Positions 37,201-51,484 are shown, counted from the first letter of the whole stretch. The stretch: DNA of 63,790 bases, filler included, from Reclinomonas americana ATCC 50394 (GCA_048213135.1; 3 parts of 2 records of this genome joined end to end with filler, not necessarily neighbours in it), one strand, 5' to 3'. Numbers and translations are program-made. The notes: generated by a model from the letters alone, not told the origin.

Positions 37201-38023
37201 GTCCTCCCCTTTCCTCCCTCCCTGTCCTCGCCCTTCCCTCCCTCCCTGTCCTCGCCCTTCACTCCCTCCCTGTCCTCTCCCTTCCCTCCCTCCCTGTCCT
37301 CACCCTTCNNNNNNNNNNNNNNNNNNNNTCCCTCCCTCCCTGCCCTCGCCCTTCCCTCCCTCCCCTGTCCTCACCCTTCCCTCCCTCCCTGCCCTCGCCC
37401 TTCCCTCCCTCCCTGTCCTCACCCTTCCCTCCCTCCCTGTCCTCACCCTTCCCACAGGCCCTCCGGAGCACCCCACCACACCACTACGAAATGTGCTCCA
37501 TCGAAGACCACTTACCGGGCTTTTACCGCGCACTCGACGCCATTTGCCAGGGATACTCGCTCCTTCTCCACGTGAGTGCGAAACGACATGAAAAGAGAAT
37601 TGAGCAGCTGTCACTCACGTCGTCACCATTCCCGAATAGCGCATGGACCTCGTCAGTGCCGACTGCCCGCTGGCCATCTCGGCCGACGCCTACCTCATGC
37701 CGCTGCTCACCGAACTGTTCCTGTATCGCGTGTGTGGCAGCACAAGCGAGTTGCGTCAACGTGTACAGTAGCTCGTTGCTTCCTCTCCCATCGCTCACCA
37801 TCTTCGCAGTGCCCACACGCCCGACGCACTGCAATTTTTCGGCTTGCACACCTTTATCGCCGTCACCTCTCTCCTCATGCGCGTGTACGGCAACGGAGGC
37901 GGGCGGCGTGACATGTCACGACACTTGGAATCACTGTTGCAAAAGGTCAAGGACAACAAGTTTGGTCGGCGAGGTTCCGACCGGCGAAGCCGGCGACGCG
38001 GCTGTCGGTGCGAGATCGTGTAA
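34286..38023 (+). CDS. Hypothetical multi-exon helical protein with C-terminal polybasic and CaaX motif
   Basis: Spliceable frames MSYLPNPLYAGAGFHVEDSGVLHEVFGLIAA-...YVRRFSLLKIATEWLWPAIDTLY...-ILENPSADDLAGQVLQMF-...AFTFALLRELIDLGCDRLVHLFLPALREAA...-STRKDFLLELAMQFPM-...YLMPLLTELFLYR-...KFGRRGSDRRSRRRGCRCEIV* (TAA 38021-38023). Family not recognised. Confidence 0.65.
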
Positions 38024-38329
38024 CCAGGATGGGTTTGTGCGCGCACCACTCGCAGCAGCAGCAGTAGTAGTAGCAGTAGTAATACGTATTTGAATAGTAA
38101 AACATAAACATGCATGTGCAGAGAAGAGAGTACACAAAGGGCGGGAAAATTGGTTATACTACTACTGGCGAAACAGAGATTTGCTTAAACATGGGAGGGA
38201 GTGAGAGAAATAAAGAACACAGACACACACACACACACACACACGACATGCGAGGGCCACAACGTCTTCCGTTGCCCTCCATGCGCGTGGTGGTGATGGC
38301 GCAAGAAACAGAGAATAGAGAGGGGCAGT

Positions 38330-41300
38330 TCAAGGCCAAGGACATTCCCGAGGCCGTGAAGAAGCCGCTGTTTGAGACAAAAAGAGAGGAGGGGCGAAGG
38401 GGAAGAACATGGATTTGCTGAAGGAGCAAGAGGTCCTATTCACCTCGCATGGACGAGACGAGTGCAGACAAGAAAAGCGTGTCACCTGCGACGTGAACGC
38501 CGCTGACTTGCAGTCTGTGAGACAGCGAGCGTGAGTGATGCGAGTCCAATAGAACGAGGATACACGACAAGACACGACGAACCCGCCGCTTAGAAGGACT
38601 GTGCGCGTCAGCATTGTCGACTGCCATTGGGCTGTCGGAGAGACGCGTCAGGCAAATGAAGTGGGCGACGATGCACCATACACAGTGTACGCAACCTGGC
38701 CGACTCAGCAGTCGCCTTTGCGGAAGACGGCGATGGTTCGGTACTGCGCCTCCGTTTGGGCGGCGGAGAGTTGCTGCGTTTGTCACTGTGGGTGTGACAA
38801 AAGTCAGCAAATGACGAGACAAGTGGTGCGAAGGAGAGCGTTGACGAAACGAATTCGGGGCTGGACCATCTTTTGAACTGCGCAGCAAGAGGGAAGGATC
38901 AGTAATAAAGCATGGAATTGTTGGCGAGGTAATGTTACGCACTCAGACAGCCTCTTGCTGCTGAAATGAGTTGCAGAACCGAGAATGCAAAGTGAGTGAC
39001 AAAGCATCGGTGGTCGTGCGCCGTGCACCATCACAACAAACCGTCGGAGGTCAATCTCTGTGAATGGAGCCAGTGCGGCCCTGCAGAAAACAAGAGAGAC
39101 ATGTGAGCCAAAAGGGTACGCAGGCAGGCATATTAAAGGCAACACGAACCGAGTGGCGGGTGACAACTGTCGACGGCGTCGTGGTCGGCTGCGACGTTGA
39201 GAAGAGTGAGGACAAAATGAAGCAGAAAAGGGGTGACAATACTCGCACTCACCTCTCCACGTCATCAGCAACAGCAGCGGCAGCAGGCGAGTGAGCACTG
39301 CAGAGAGAAAGAGAGAGTCAGTGAACGGCACGACAATACTTCGAGGAACGAGGGCACGCGGGTAATACCTTGCCGCGGGAAGATTGCTGGTGAGCACAGA
39401 ACGACAGACAAGACATCAGATAACCGTGGCAAGGAGAACTACCCCGCAATGCGCAAACCTTGCGTCTGCGTCGGCATCCATATTGTCCGCATCGTTACCG
39501 TCGGCATCGTCGTCTTTGGCTTTCGCTTCGGACAAGGGTGGCGGTTCATCGGCACTGGAGAGGCATGACATTATGAGAGCTATTAAAAGAAAGAGTCGCT
39601 GCGGCAACACAAACGCACATCACACGCTCGTCGACCGCATCGGCATCCATCCTGCGAATCGTGTGAGTTAATCGATTCCACCAACAAAATGGAAACGAAC
39701 ACACCTCTGATCTGCAGCGACTGCCGTCACAAGAGGCCTGCGAAACATCATGACTGCATTCAGTACGAGAACCGAGTTGCAATTCTGAATGGATAGTCAA
39801 ACCTTGCGAACAACACTTCTTCCGCCGACTCCTCTTCTGCATTGTCCTCGTCTTCATCGTCGTCAAGCCGCAACAGAGCTCCGAACGATGCGGTGGATGC
39901 GCTCGCACGAGCACCGTCGCTGCAAACGCAGATCGAATCTTGAGGGGCGTGCGACCAACTTACTTGTCGCGCACATCACATGTACTCACCTCGACGGCTG
40001 CGACAATCGTCGTCCTCTGCGATGACGCAGTGGTGGTGTCAGAAGAGGCACACAAACACAAAACTAGTTAAACCCAAGACTCAACTGAGCACGAGTAACA
40101 ATCCGCGGCCGAGGCGATGGTGGTCTGTGATTTTTGATGAGAAATAGGTACAGAACAATACACGTGTGCGAGGTGCGCGTACCCAGCCGGCTCTTGCGAA
40201 TCACTGTGTGCGAGACAAGTCATGAGCGCCACACAGAGGGGACCTGGAAAGACACACGGAGACGCAACGCCACGAATTCCGGCACCTCCAGCACCACCGC
40301 AGTCTCTGGCTGCGCCTCACCACCATCATCCTCGCTGCGCACCGAGAATAGGCGTCAACCAGCAACTTCAACTTCAAAGCGCTACACAACGTCTCATACC
40401 GTGGAACCTCAGGTGCGCGGTCCTCCTCGGCATCAGCAGAGGGCGGTACAACACTGCAGCAGACGTGTACGTGAGAAACCAAACCATGCGTGACGGAGTA
40501 GATGCAATCGACAAACCGATCGCGAACAGTAGACGACGAATTCGGGGAGGAGAGAACATCAAGGCGTATCGGAGCGTTTCTACAAGCAAGAACTGCGTGA
40601 GAGCGATGTAATTAAGTGATCTGCAGGTCGATGACCACTCACCGTGGTGGCGGTGGCTGTTGTGGCGGTTCGCTGGTGCTAGTGCTGCGAGAAACAACAG
40701 TGAGTCTCATGTGTCTCGACCGTGAACCGTGGATATGGTTTCCACTCAACGATGATGGCTCGGCAAGGAAGCTGAAAAACATCTCGTCAGTCAGCGAAAT
40801 CAACGATACGCAAACAACTCAAGCATGTGTTACCTCAATGCATCTGCTGTCGTCATGTTACGTCGCACACTGAGGTAATTTGGGCGCGGGTGAGCGGAGT
40901 TGAAATCAAAATGCACTAGTAAGAGACGCGTACCCATGGGAGACGACATACGGCTCGTCACTGCGCAACACTTGACCTGCACGGTCCGATGGCAAGCCGG
41001 AGACTGCACACCAAGTGTGAGAAGCAACAAAGGATTGGAGGACGCTGATCATTGCCTGTCACTCCCTGCATTTACTCGTTGCACTTCACTCGTTGCACTC
41101 ACTCGTTGCACTTCACTCGTTGCACTCACTCGTTGCACTTCACTCGTTGCACTCACTCGTTGCACTTCACTCGTTGCACTCACTCGTTGCACTTCACTCG
41201 TTGCACTCACTCGTTGCACTTCACTCGTTGCACTCACTCGTTGCACTTCACTCGTTGCACTTCACTCGCTGCGCTTCACTCGCTGCACTTCACTCGCTGC

Positions 41301-43075
41301 GCTTCACTCGCTGCACTTCACTCGCTGCGCTTCACTCGCTGCACTTCACTCGCTGCGCTTCACTCGCTGCACTCACTCGCTGCACTCACTCGCTGCGCTT
41401 CACTCGCTGCGCTTCACTCGCTGCGCTTCACTCGCTGCGCTTCACTCGCTGCACTCACTCGCTGCGCTTCAATTGTTCCTACACTTCACTCGCTGCAAGA
41501 TACTCGTTGCACTTCACTCGCTACGCTTCACTCGTTGCACTTCACTCGCTACGCTTCACTCGCTGCACTTCACTCGCTACGCTTCACTCGCTGCACTTCA
41601 CTCGCTACGCTTCACTCGCTGCACTCACTCGCTGCACTCACTCGCTGCACTTCACTCGCTGCACTCACTCGCTGCACTTCACTCGCTGCACTTCAATTGC
41701 TCCTACACTTCACTCGTTGCAGGATACTCGCTGCGCTCACCTTGCTCACCGGACACCGCTGGTGACGCAAAAGCACTGCACACGAAGCAAGGGGATCATA
41801 AGCGACAATGCGCAGCAGAATACCAACACAACGCATGATTCCACGCACGAGGCAAGACGACGGACGGGCTTGGCGGCCAGCGCCAGTTCCCCGGAAGACG
41901 AAGCGTTCTCTAGCGACAGTGCTGCGTACGAACACGTGAGCGGTGTTACTCTTCTTCCGAGACAGCAAAGCATGGCTCATACCTTCCGCAGTTGGTGGGG
42001 AGTGCAACAGCACGGCTTGAGGCGGATCACTCGCTGCTGTGTAAGCACACGCAAATTAGCGCCACAAACGCACAACATCTTTCGAAGGACACCAACGCAC
42101 ATCCACTTTGCGACGGCGACTGCACAAAGCAAAGCAGTCAGCGACAGCACTCCGCAACAATCGTCTCCCAAAACACTCACACACACACACACACACCTGA
42201 TCAACAACATCACCCGACGCGTGGGGAGACACAAAACGATCCTCGGTCTCGCCGGCGGAGAGCATCACAGAGGCACGCGTGGCCGGGCGCATGGTGCGCA
42301 GCGCCGACGAAGCCGACGGCACCTTGTTCCTTGTCTGCCGGCCTCGGAGACGCGGCTTCTCCACAACAGCCGCCGCCGCCGACGAATCCACCCCTGTGCC
42401 GAGACCCAGCGGCTCTGCTCGTGGAATCGGCGACGTCGTGGACGTCGTCGTGAGCATGCTCTGCGACAAAGGCAAATATGAGTCAGTCGTGCAAACCGCT
42501 CCTCGTCGCCGCCACAACATTGCACTCACCGTTCGGCTCAGCGGCGACGGCTGCACGGGACTAGAGCCGCGAGACGAGGGCGAGGCAAGTACGGGGCATT
42601 GCTCCACGTTCATGTCTTCGCCAGGTCGTTCGTCCGTTCCCGTTTGGTGTCCCTCCTGCTGCCTCTGCGCACCACCGACAGAGTCGCCAACAAACACCTC
42701 GTGACTCTCATTGGTCGACACGGCATTTGGTGACGAGCTGCCGCCCGTGGCAGCGTCGGCAGCAGACGCTGTGGCGTCGGCCCCCTCCTGCGACTGTTTC
42801 GCGCATGAGTATCTCCACGTGCAAGTCAGAAGAAGAAGAACACGAGCACACAAACCATTTCAATCACGCGATCGGTTGCCTTTTTCTGCACGGGTGCGGC
42901 CACGACGACAGGGACGACTCGCAAGGCACCGACAGTGACCACAGTGGGACAGAGTTCCTCGGCAAGTGGCTGGAGTGGCACACCAAGTGGTGCAGGCGCC
43001 ACCACATCGGAACGAAACGGTGGCGACGAGCACAGGGCGGGTGGCGGGAACAAGGTGCTTCCCCTGCACATGGAG
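38330..43075 (-). CDS. Low-complexity coding exons downstream of the Dbf4 zinc finger, probably the C-terminal tail of the same gene; structure uncertain
   Basis: Several AG/GT-bounded Ser/Pro/Asp-rich open segments (e.g. 42250-42810, 41840-41935, 39430-39560), with CT-rich introns on the - strand. Confidence 0.4.
41073..41735 (+). repeat. 13/14-bp minisatellite (CACTTCACTCGTTG, CACTCACTCGCTG and variants), intronic
   Basis: Direct reading. A homogeneous 27-bp dimer block (41073-41260) is followed by variant units, with two copies of an interrupting ttcaattgytcctacacttcactcgytgcargatactcg segment. Confidence 0.95.
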
Positions 43076-43115
43076 GCACACAAAGTGAGACCACCATCAT
43101 CACCACCACCATCTC

Positions 43116-46100
43116 ATGACGAGAAGAAGACGCACCCAGTCATTCGTCGTGGCGGCTCGGGCGAAAACAAAATCTTGGCGCCCGGCACATACGGGCTCTT
43201 CCCCAGCTGCTCAAAATCGATATCCTCACTTTGCACCGAACCGACACGCGACGGCGTGGCCGGAGCCGCCGCCGACGTATCACGATCCACAGTCGGTGGC
43301 GCCGGAAGCGCCGAAGGACTCTTGAAGCTAAAGTCTCTGTCATCCCTCCCAGCGGCGATTCCCGCGCGATCACCACCAGCCACATCCACATCCATGTGAC
43401 TGGCCTCCCCCAACTGCTGCATGCTGTCGACGTCGTCGGCACTGCCGGCCTCGTCTTCCTCGTCCCGCTCCTCACCGCCATCCTCCTCCTCCGCCTCATG
43501 TGTCACCTGATACACCTCGTAGAACGGCAAGTCGCAGTACAGCTGACGCATGCGGTCGAATTCGCACGCCGCCACAGCCGCGTTCTTCTCGTGCGTGTGT
43601 GACATTTTGTGCTGCGCGCGGGGGTACGAATGAGGGGAGAGAAGGGAGAGAAGAAGAAAAGGAGGAGGAAGAGTGGCGCAGACCTCCAGCAGGGTGGTGG
43701 TGAAATTGTCGTGGCAGATCTCGCACCACTTGGGTGTCTGCGCTTGTTCCTTTTTCGACGCGCGGGAGGAGATTCGACGGAGGGGTTGTCGGCTCCTGCG
43801 GGAGGGGAAAGGGGGAAGGGAGGGGGTGTGAGGGGAAGGGAGAGGGAGAGAGGGAGAGGGAGAGGGGAAGGGAGGGGGGAAGGGAGAAGGAGGAGCGAAG
43901 AGGGAAGAGGCAGAGGAAGACAGGAAGGGAGAGGGAGGGAAAGGGAGAGGGAGGGGGAATGGGAGAGGGGAACGGAGGGCGAAGATTGGTCATTGGAAAA
44001 AACGGGAAAAGGCCAAGAGGAAGAGGATGCGTGACTGGGAATAGGAAGAGAAGGAAGAAGTGGATCAGAGAGACGGAACGATAGAAGAGTGACCCAGTGG
44101 AAAGGGACAAGGGAATGGACAACTGGGAGAGAGGAAGTAAGGCGAGGTGCAGAAAAACTGGGAAGTGGCCGAGAAGGGGGCGGAGGCGTGACAGTGAGGG
44201 AAAGGAAGAAAGAACGATAGAAGAATGGCAAAGAAGAATGCTGAGGCAGTGAAGGACAGGAAGAAAGAACGAAAAAGGGAGGGAAGATGGAATGGAAGAG
44301 GGAATGGAGGAGGGAATGAAGGGGGGATGGAGGAGAGAGTGGATGAGGGAATGGAGGAGAGAGTGAATGAGACAGCGGAGGAGAGAATGGAAGACAAAGG
44401 AAGAGAACATGAAAGAGAAAGGAGGGAAGCGGGCTTAGACGATGAAGAGAAGAGGGAAAACAGAATGGAGGAGACAATGCAGGAGAGAAAAGAAGAGGCA
44501 GGAGTAAGGACAGGTCCAACACGTCCTTCCACTTCCGCTCTCTCTGCCGCTCCCTGCCATCTCACGCAACTGCAATGGAGTGCTTCCACGAATCTCACCG
44601 CGCACAGCGGGAGGCAGCAGCGCACCTGCACCGGCCGCCTGTTGTACAGCCAACATGTCAGCGTGGTAGACAAAAACAACCGACTCACGAACAAAACTCA
44701 CTCTCTGCTGACTCGACTTGGCGCTGTACGAGGACGTGGGAAACGCGAACGGAGAGCGGGTGTCACCCGGCAGTGTCAGCGACACGCGCGGTGCAATGCA
44801 CGGTTTGTGTTCGAGAGAGGCGTCGGCAGTGGCTGAGGTGCGGGTGGCTGCCAGCATCAACGTGTTGAGCGACGGGAAACGGGAGAGATGACAGAGTGGG
44901 GTGAACTGACCTGGCGTGGCCTCACGACCAGTGCGTCGTGATGCGTCCTGCGGGGACGGTGTGCCGGGAGGAAGCATGCGCGTATCGGCGACGGCCGGTG
45001 GCAGCTGCATTATTGGTGAAAAGATGGCGTGAGTGGCAAGGTGAAACACACCACTTGGCTTTCCCACGCAAACATACCATTCGCTGACTCGGTGACGGCG
45101 TCATGGACTGCGGCTGCACAGCCATGGGCGCCGCAAATGGCGAATCCGGTTGCGTCTGCTGTCCGGGACTCTGCATCGGCAACGGTGACGCAGAGGCCGT
45201 GGTGCTTGCGGCGTTTTGATTGTTGCTCGACGTGATCATGCGCGCCGACGGCGAGGCCATGACTCGTGGCGGCAGAAACTCTTTCCACATGGGTTGGTAC
45301 GTGCTGGTTGTGTCGCGCACAATGAGGTACGTTTCGCCGAGCTTGATGGGTGGCGGATTGCCATTGGTGCGTGGTGTGGCCGACAAGGCGGCCGCCGTCT
45401 TGGCCAGCGCGGCCGATGGCACGGGCGGCGCGGGCGGTGGCGGCGGCCGTGTGTTGATGCCGAGACTCACCAGCACCGTGTCGGCGTTCAGACCGAGATA
45501 TTTGGCGAGCCACGTTCCCAGCGCTGCACGCCGAGTGAGCATGCACACCCATTGACAGGATGAGTAGCACACAAACCTGCGGGGTTGGAAAACATGCGTC
45601 CTTGCGCCGGCTCTTTCGACTTGCTCTTCTCCTTGCCGAGGCCTGCGCGCAACTTTTCTTNNNNNNNNNNNNNNNNNNNNNNNNNNNNNNNNNNNNNNNN
45701 NNNNNNNNNNNNNNNNNNNNNNNNNNNNNNNNNNNNNNNNNNNNNNNNNNNNNNNNNNNNNNNNNNNNNNNNNNNNNNNNNNNNNNNNNNNNNNNNNNNN
45801 NNNNNNNNNNNNNNNNNNNNNNNNNNNNNNNNNNNNNNNNNGTATTGGCACTCGCGATTTGGGCTCCGGTGCTTCCGCGACGCCTGTTTCGCTCTGCGGG
45901 ATGGTTGGCGGTTCCGACCTAGCGGAGGGAAAGAAGAATGAGTGGCTGCAGGGATGACAGTGACGTGCACGACACACGCACCCTATCGAGTCGTCGCCCT
46001 CTTGTCGTTGCGTTTGCTGCTGTTGTCCCTGCTGGCGCTTCATGTGCAACGCCGCCAACACCATGCGTTGACCACGGGCTTGCGGGCCGCTGGCGGAGGC

Positions 46101-47330
46101 TCGCGAGTCGGCGACAATCGATTCCACTTCCTGTGGTGGAAAGGCAAGGGCGTGTGAGGGGGAAGGATGTGAGGGGGAAGGGGGAGGGGATAAACGGAGG
46201 AGTTCGCACCTCCACGCTGGGATTCCTGCAGAAGGGGGGAGAATATGGTGAGAAGGTGGGGAGGACAGATAGGGGAAGAGAAGGAAGAGGGGAGACGACA
46301 AGGGAAATGATAGAAGGAGAGGGAAGTAAGAAGAGAGAAAGGAAAAGAGGGGATGGGAAAGAATAGGGGAAGGGGACGACGGAAAGGGGAAGATGGAGGA
46401 GGAGGGAGACAGCAGATGAGAGGAGGGGGGAGCGGAAGGAGGAAGACGGAGGGAGGGAGACGGAAGATGAGAGAAAGGGGAAGCGGAATGAGGTACGGAG
46501 GAAGAAGAGGGTGCAAATAAACACGCGGAGAAGGGGAGAGAGAAGAGAAAGAGAAAGAGACTGAGCAAGAGAGGGATACAGTGAGAACGAGTGAGAAAGA
46601 GAGAGAGAGAAAGAGAAAGAGAAAGACAGACAGAAAGTGAGTCAGTCAGCGACAGAAAGGAAGAAAAGAGAAGAACCAGACGAAGTGGAAGAAGCTGAGC
46701 ACGTTGACGTGAATGAAGAATAGAGCAACACAAGTACACGAAGGATGACTCAGAGGGCACAAGTGGAAATCCAGAAGCTCGCACGAACCTCAGTCCCGGT
46801 TTCGTCAGCACCACCTTGCTCTTGTGCGGCGGCACCTCCTTGTCGGCGTCCAGCGCGACTCGCTGCGTTGACAAACCGCGAAATGAGTGCGCAACTTAAT
46901 CACACGCAACAATGCAAGCTGCCCGAACCCCTCCATGCTCAGCGACGAAGCCGGCGAATCGCTCACGCTCGGCGGCGTCGTCAAAGAAGAACACGTATCG
47001 TGACAGCGTGTGCTTGCTAGACGACGAACTTCGTCCGCTCTCCGCAGCCGCTGTTGTCGTGGTCGTGGTCGTCGTCGTTGTGGTTGTCGTGGTGGTGGTA
47101 GAAGTGGCAACAGCGACGGCATCGGCTGCGGCCATGGACGCGACAGTGTCACCGCCGAGAGCTGCAGCCACACCCGCTGCAGCGGCAGCTGTTGCTGCTG
47201 CGGTGAGCGGTACGGTGAAGGCGCCAAATGGAGCCAACACCGGTTGGTGGGCGGCGGGAGGTGGTGGAGGTGGTGGTGGCGGGGGGTTGGTGTGGTACGC
47301 CGAGTCCGCCGAGGAAGAGGATATCGAGCG
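43116..47330 (-). CDS. DBF4: Dbf4/ASK-like Cdc7-kinase regulatory subunit (core exons)
   Basis: Motif N/BRCT-like: TLSRYVFFFDDAAERERFAGFVAEHGG-RV...GIPAW (~46225-47010). Motif M: IKLGETYLIVRDTTSTYQPMWKEF (~45278-45347). Motif C zinc finger split by an intron: TPKWCEICHDNFTTTLLE-HKMSHTHEKNA (~43580-43740, CCHH). All three are in canonical order. Confidence 0.78.
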
Positions 47331-47639
47331 CTGGGAAGGGAGAAGGGAAGGGAGAGGGGAAGGGAGAAGGGAAGTGAGTAAAAACAAGAGGCAAAGAAAC
47401 TGGGACTCAGATCGTGGAACGAGATTACCCAAGAGTGTCAACATCAAGAAAACAAGGCTCACGAGGGAGAGACGCAGCGCCGTGACAGGGGTGAGCGCAG
47501 AGGACAGACAAGGTGCAAACGAGCGGAGTTACAAACGGGCACAGAGAGTGACCAGGATAGATATTATAGAGGCTTCTGAGTACAGTGACGCAGAGCACGT
47601 GAGAGGGAGAGCCCGAAAGAGAGAGTCGCAGCAACCTTG

Positions 47640-48420
47640 TGAATGAAATATACAAGGCAATAACGCGTCATCGCTCGTGACGCAAATCAAGACAGGGTAC
47701 GGCAAGGGAGGAAGGCGTGAGGGGCTCCGTCAAGCCACCCGAGAAGTACACAGCACAGAACGCGAGCGCGAGGAAGAAATGAGAAGCTCAAGAATAAACC
47801 AAGCAAATAACACAAGGCAATAACGTGTCATTGTTCGTGACTGATGTCACGGCAGTGCAGGAGAAGGAGGGAGGTACGAGAGGCTCTAGAGAGCGATGCG
47901 GGCAGAATGCCGCACAGAATGCGAAAGCGCGGGAGAAACGAGAGGCCACGCAAATTACACAAGGCAATAACGTGTCATTGTTCGTGACAACTATAATCAA
48001 GACAGAGCAGGAGAAGGAAGGCAGGCGTGATGGGCTCTGTATAGCCTTACGAACAGAATGGCGAAAGGAAAGGGGGAGGAAGATGCACAAAGAGAGACTC
48101 ATGAATTGAACACACAATAAGGGCAAGGTCACACAAGGCAATCGTTCGCGACAACTAATGTCAAGGTAGAGCGACGGGAGAGAGGGGAAGAGCAAGATGG
48201 ACTCTGCAGAGGCTCTTGAGCGGAAAGATGAAAGGAAAAGAGAAGAGGGAAAAGAGACTCACGAATGAAACACACAATATGGCAAAGTTACACAAGGCAA
48301 TCGTTCGCGACAACTAATGTCACGGTAGAGCGACGGGAGAGAGGAAGACGTGAAGGGCTCTGTATAGCCTTGTGGACAGAATGACGAAAGGAAAAGAGAG
48401 AGGAAGAGGGAATAGAGAAT
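47640..48420 (+). repeat. Degenerate ~150-165-bp tandem array (about 5 units) in an intron
   Basis: acaaggcaat(aacgtgtcattg)ttcgtgac/cgcgacaactaatgtca recurs near 47652, 47812, 47959, 48132 and 48292. Confidence 0.85.
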
Positions 48421-48661
48421 ACAGTGTGTGTGTGAGAGAGAGAGAGTCGCAGACAGTCAAGGCTCCACTAAACACAAAGTGCAATTCCCCTCACAAACAC
48501 AACTACACAAGCTCACCTCGTCCCACACTCAACGACACAGCAACACACAAAGACACCACTGACTCCACAAACATGTCAAACAAACACTCTTCTCTCACTC
48601 TTGCATGCCTGTGCGCGTGAGTGCGTGTGAGAGAGAAACAGTGTGTGTGTGTGTGTATGTA

Positions 48662-48745
<84 letters not shown>

Positions 48746-49516
48746 NNNNNNNNNNNNNNNNNNNNNNNNNNNNNNNNNNNNNNNNNNNNNNNNNNNNNNN
48801 NNNNNNNNNNNNNNNNNNNNNNNNNNNNNNNNNNNNNNNNNNNNNNNNNNNNNNNNNNNNNNNNNNNNNNNNNNNNNNNNNNNNNNNNNNNNNNNNNNNN
48901 NNNNNNNNNNNNNNNNNNNNNNNNNNNNNNNNNNNNNNNNNNNNNNNNNNNNNNNNNNNNNNNNNNNNNNNNNNNNNNNNNNNNNNNNNNNNNNNNNNNN
49001 NNNNNNNNNNNNNNNNNNNNNNNNNNNNNNNNNNNNNNNNNNNNNNNNNNNNNNNNNNNNNNNNNNNNNNNNNNNNNNNNNNNNNNNNNNNNNNNNNNNN
49101 NNNNNNNNNNNNNNNNNNNNNNNNNNNNNNNNNNNNNNNNNNNNNNNNNNNNNNNNNNNNNNNNNNNNNNNNNNNNNNNNNNNNNNNNNNNNNNNNNNNN
49201 NNNNNNNNNNNNNNNNNNNNNNNNNNNNNNNNNNNNNNNNNNNNNNNNNNNNNNNNNNNNNNNNNNNNNNNNNNNNNNNNNNNNNNNNNNNNNNNNNNNN
49301 NNNNNNNNNNNNNNNNNNNNNNNNNNNNNNNNNNNNNNNNNNNNNNNNNNNNNNNNNNNNNNNNNNNTCCCTCCCACAGTAACTTGAGCTCTCTCTCTCT
49401 CTCTCTCCTTACCTCTCTGTCTGATGTTACCATTCCTTCTCCCTGTCTCTGTCTCTTTCACCACAATCTGCATTATCCCCTTGAAAAAATACACTTGCAA
49501 CATGCTCATAGTTGAC

Positions 49517-51484
49517 CTCCTTCGGTGTACCCGGTGGCGGCGCTGGCCTGCGTCCGCTTCAATGTCATGAAGCGGTCCAGAATGCTCTCGCGATGGTCCT
49601 CTCGCAACCTCCTGGCTCGCGCCGCAATCATGTCTACCAACTCGGCGCGCTCGGCTGTTCGTGTCCATGTCAGTCACAGTGGCATAACGCAACGCCTTCT
49701 TCGCAGGTGTGCACGTACCATCGGTCAGTGTGCGCACAATGGAGCGTTTCGCCTCTGTTACCACCTCGTCGGTGAGCCACGGCTCGTGGTGATGTCCGTG
49801 ATGGTGTTCGTGCCGGTGGTGATCGCCGTTCTGCGAGAGGGCAAAGTATGCAGCCTGCTCGTGTGCAGGTGCTAGCACAGGTTCTGGTGGTGGCGATGGT
49901 GAGGGCGCCACCGTGTCGTACACGACCACTGGATGAGGCAGGAGATCATGGTGTGCATATTGCTGTAGTGGCGGCGGCGGTGGTGGTTTAGCGGTAATCG
50001 GTGCGGGTGCGGGTGCGGGTGCGGGTGCGGGTGCGGGCGCGGGTGCGGGCGCGGGAGCGATTGTGGTCGACAAGAGTGGGAGACGAGGCACAAAGAGCGG
50101 TGTCACAGGCGTTGCTGCTGCCGAGACGGGCGATGAGGTGGCGGAATCCGAGCCGCCAAGTGCGTCGACGGAGGGTTGCGAGGAGTGCAGACCGCTGTCG
50201 CGTCTGTCGTCGACTTGTGTGAGGCAGCAACATCGTGGTGGTGGGGGAAGGGCAAGGAAAAGAATACGCACGCTGAGAGAGCCGAAGGGAGCGAGTCACG
50301 TGCGCGCACAATTGTTCCGCGATGTGGTGAGTGCGGCGCGCTGACAGGTGCAGCCGAATTCCTCGCGTCGGTGGACGCCAGCAAGTGCCTGATGCCATCC
50401 ACAGCTGCAAGGGAGGGAGTGAGAGGCTGGCAGATCACACAGGGCATCAGCGTGTCACGCTCACCAGATTGACCTCCACCAAATGCACTCTGCAGTGAAC
50501 GTGGCGGATCACTCATACCGTCTGCAGGCACGAACGAGCGGATGAGCGACGAGAGGGGAGAGATGAATGGTATGAGAGGGAACAAAGCACACCATCACGC
50601 CCTCTTGTTGGCCGCAGCATCGGCATTGGGGACGCCCGCGATCCCGGCTGCGAGAACTGCTGCGGCGGCGACGGAGCATGTGGCGGCGCAGCGCTCTATC
50701 GCCACACTCACGAGTGTCAGTCACGCACACACGTGCGATTCAACGCGCCAAACACAAACCTGCTCCGGAACCGACGGCGCCGGCGTCGTAGTCGTCACCG
50801 CCACTCCCGGATTCGTAATCGTCATCGCAGTCGCAGCAGCAGCAGCAGCAGGCACCGGCCGCAGTGGTGGTGGCGCCACATACATGGCCGCCTGCGGTGT
50901 CAACTGCGGTGGAGTCGACGTCAGCCCGAGCGGAGGCGGCACCAATCGCGACGCCGAGCGCGGATCCTGCACAATCGCCGTCGCCCGAACCGACGACGCG
51001 AGCAGTGGCGGCGGTGGCGGCTGCCCATTGGAGACATACGATGCAAACTGTCGCCTGTGTGCAAGGTGTGAGCAAGGTCAGCAATCGGATTCCGGTCCCG
51101 ATATGCAATGAAATCGGTCCATTCCCCTCCCTCCCTCTCTCTCCCTCCTGCTCACCGCAGCTCATCGTACTCGACCACTGGCGACATGGACCGCGACGAC
51201 ATGGAGGGCACCGGCGAGGCGGAGGCCGAGGAAGGCGACTGTCGCTGCGGCTGCTGCAGCATCATCACCGACATGATCTGCTGCTGCTGTTGCTGGTATC
51301 GCTGGTGGTGTGCGGCGGGGCCCGGCGCGTGGACAAACGGGTTGGGCGAGCCGGAGGAGACAGAGGAGGCCATGGAGACGGGCGAGGAGGAGGCGACAGA
51401 GTGTGAGCGGCGTTGCATCTCGCCCACTTGGCGACTGAGACGCGAGGCTGTGTGGGCGAGAGGAGGAGGTGAGTGTTTGTGCAG

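Noticed and set aside
40900-42481. Long ORFs with RCTSLVALT / LHSLHFTRC repeats
   Set aside because: These are translations of a 13/14-bp minisatellite that is open in all three frames and antisense to the host gene.
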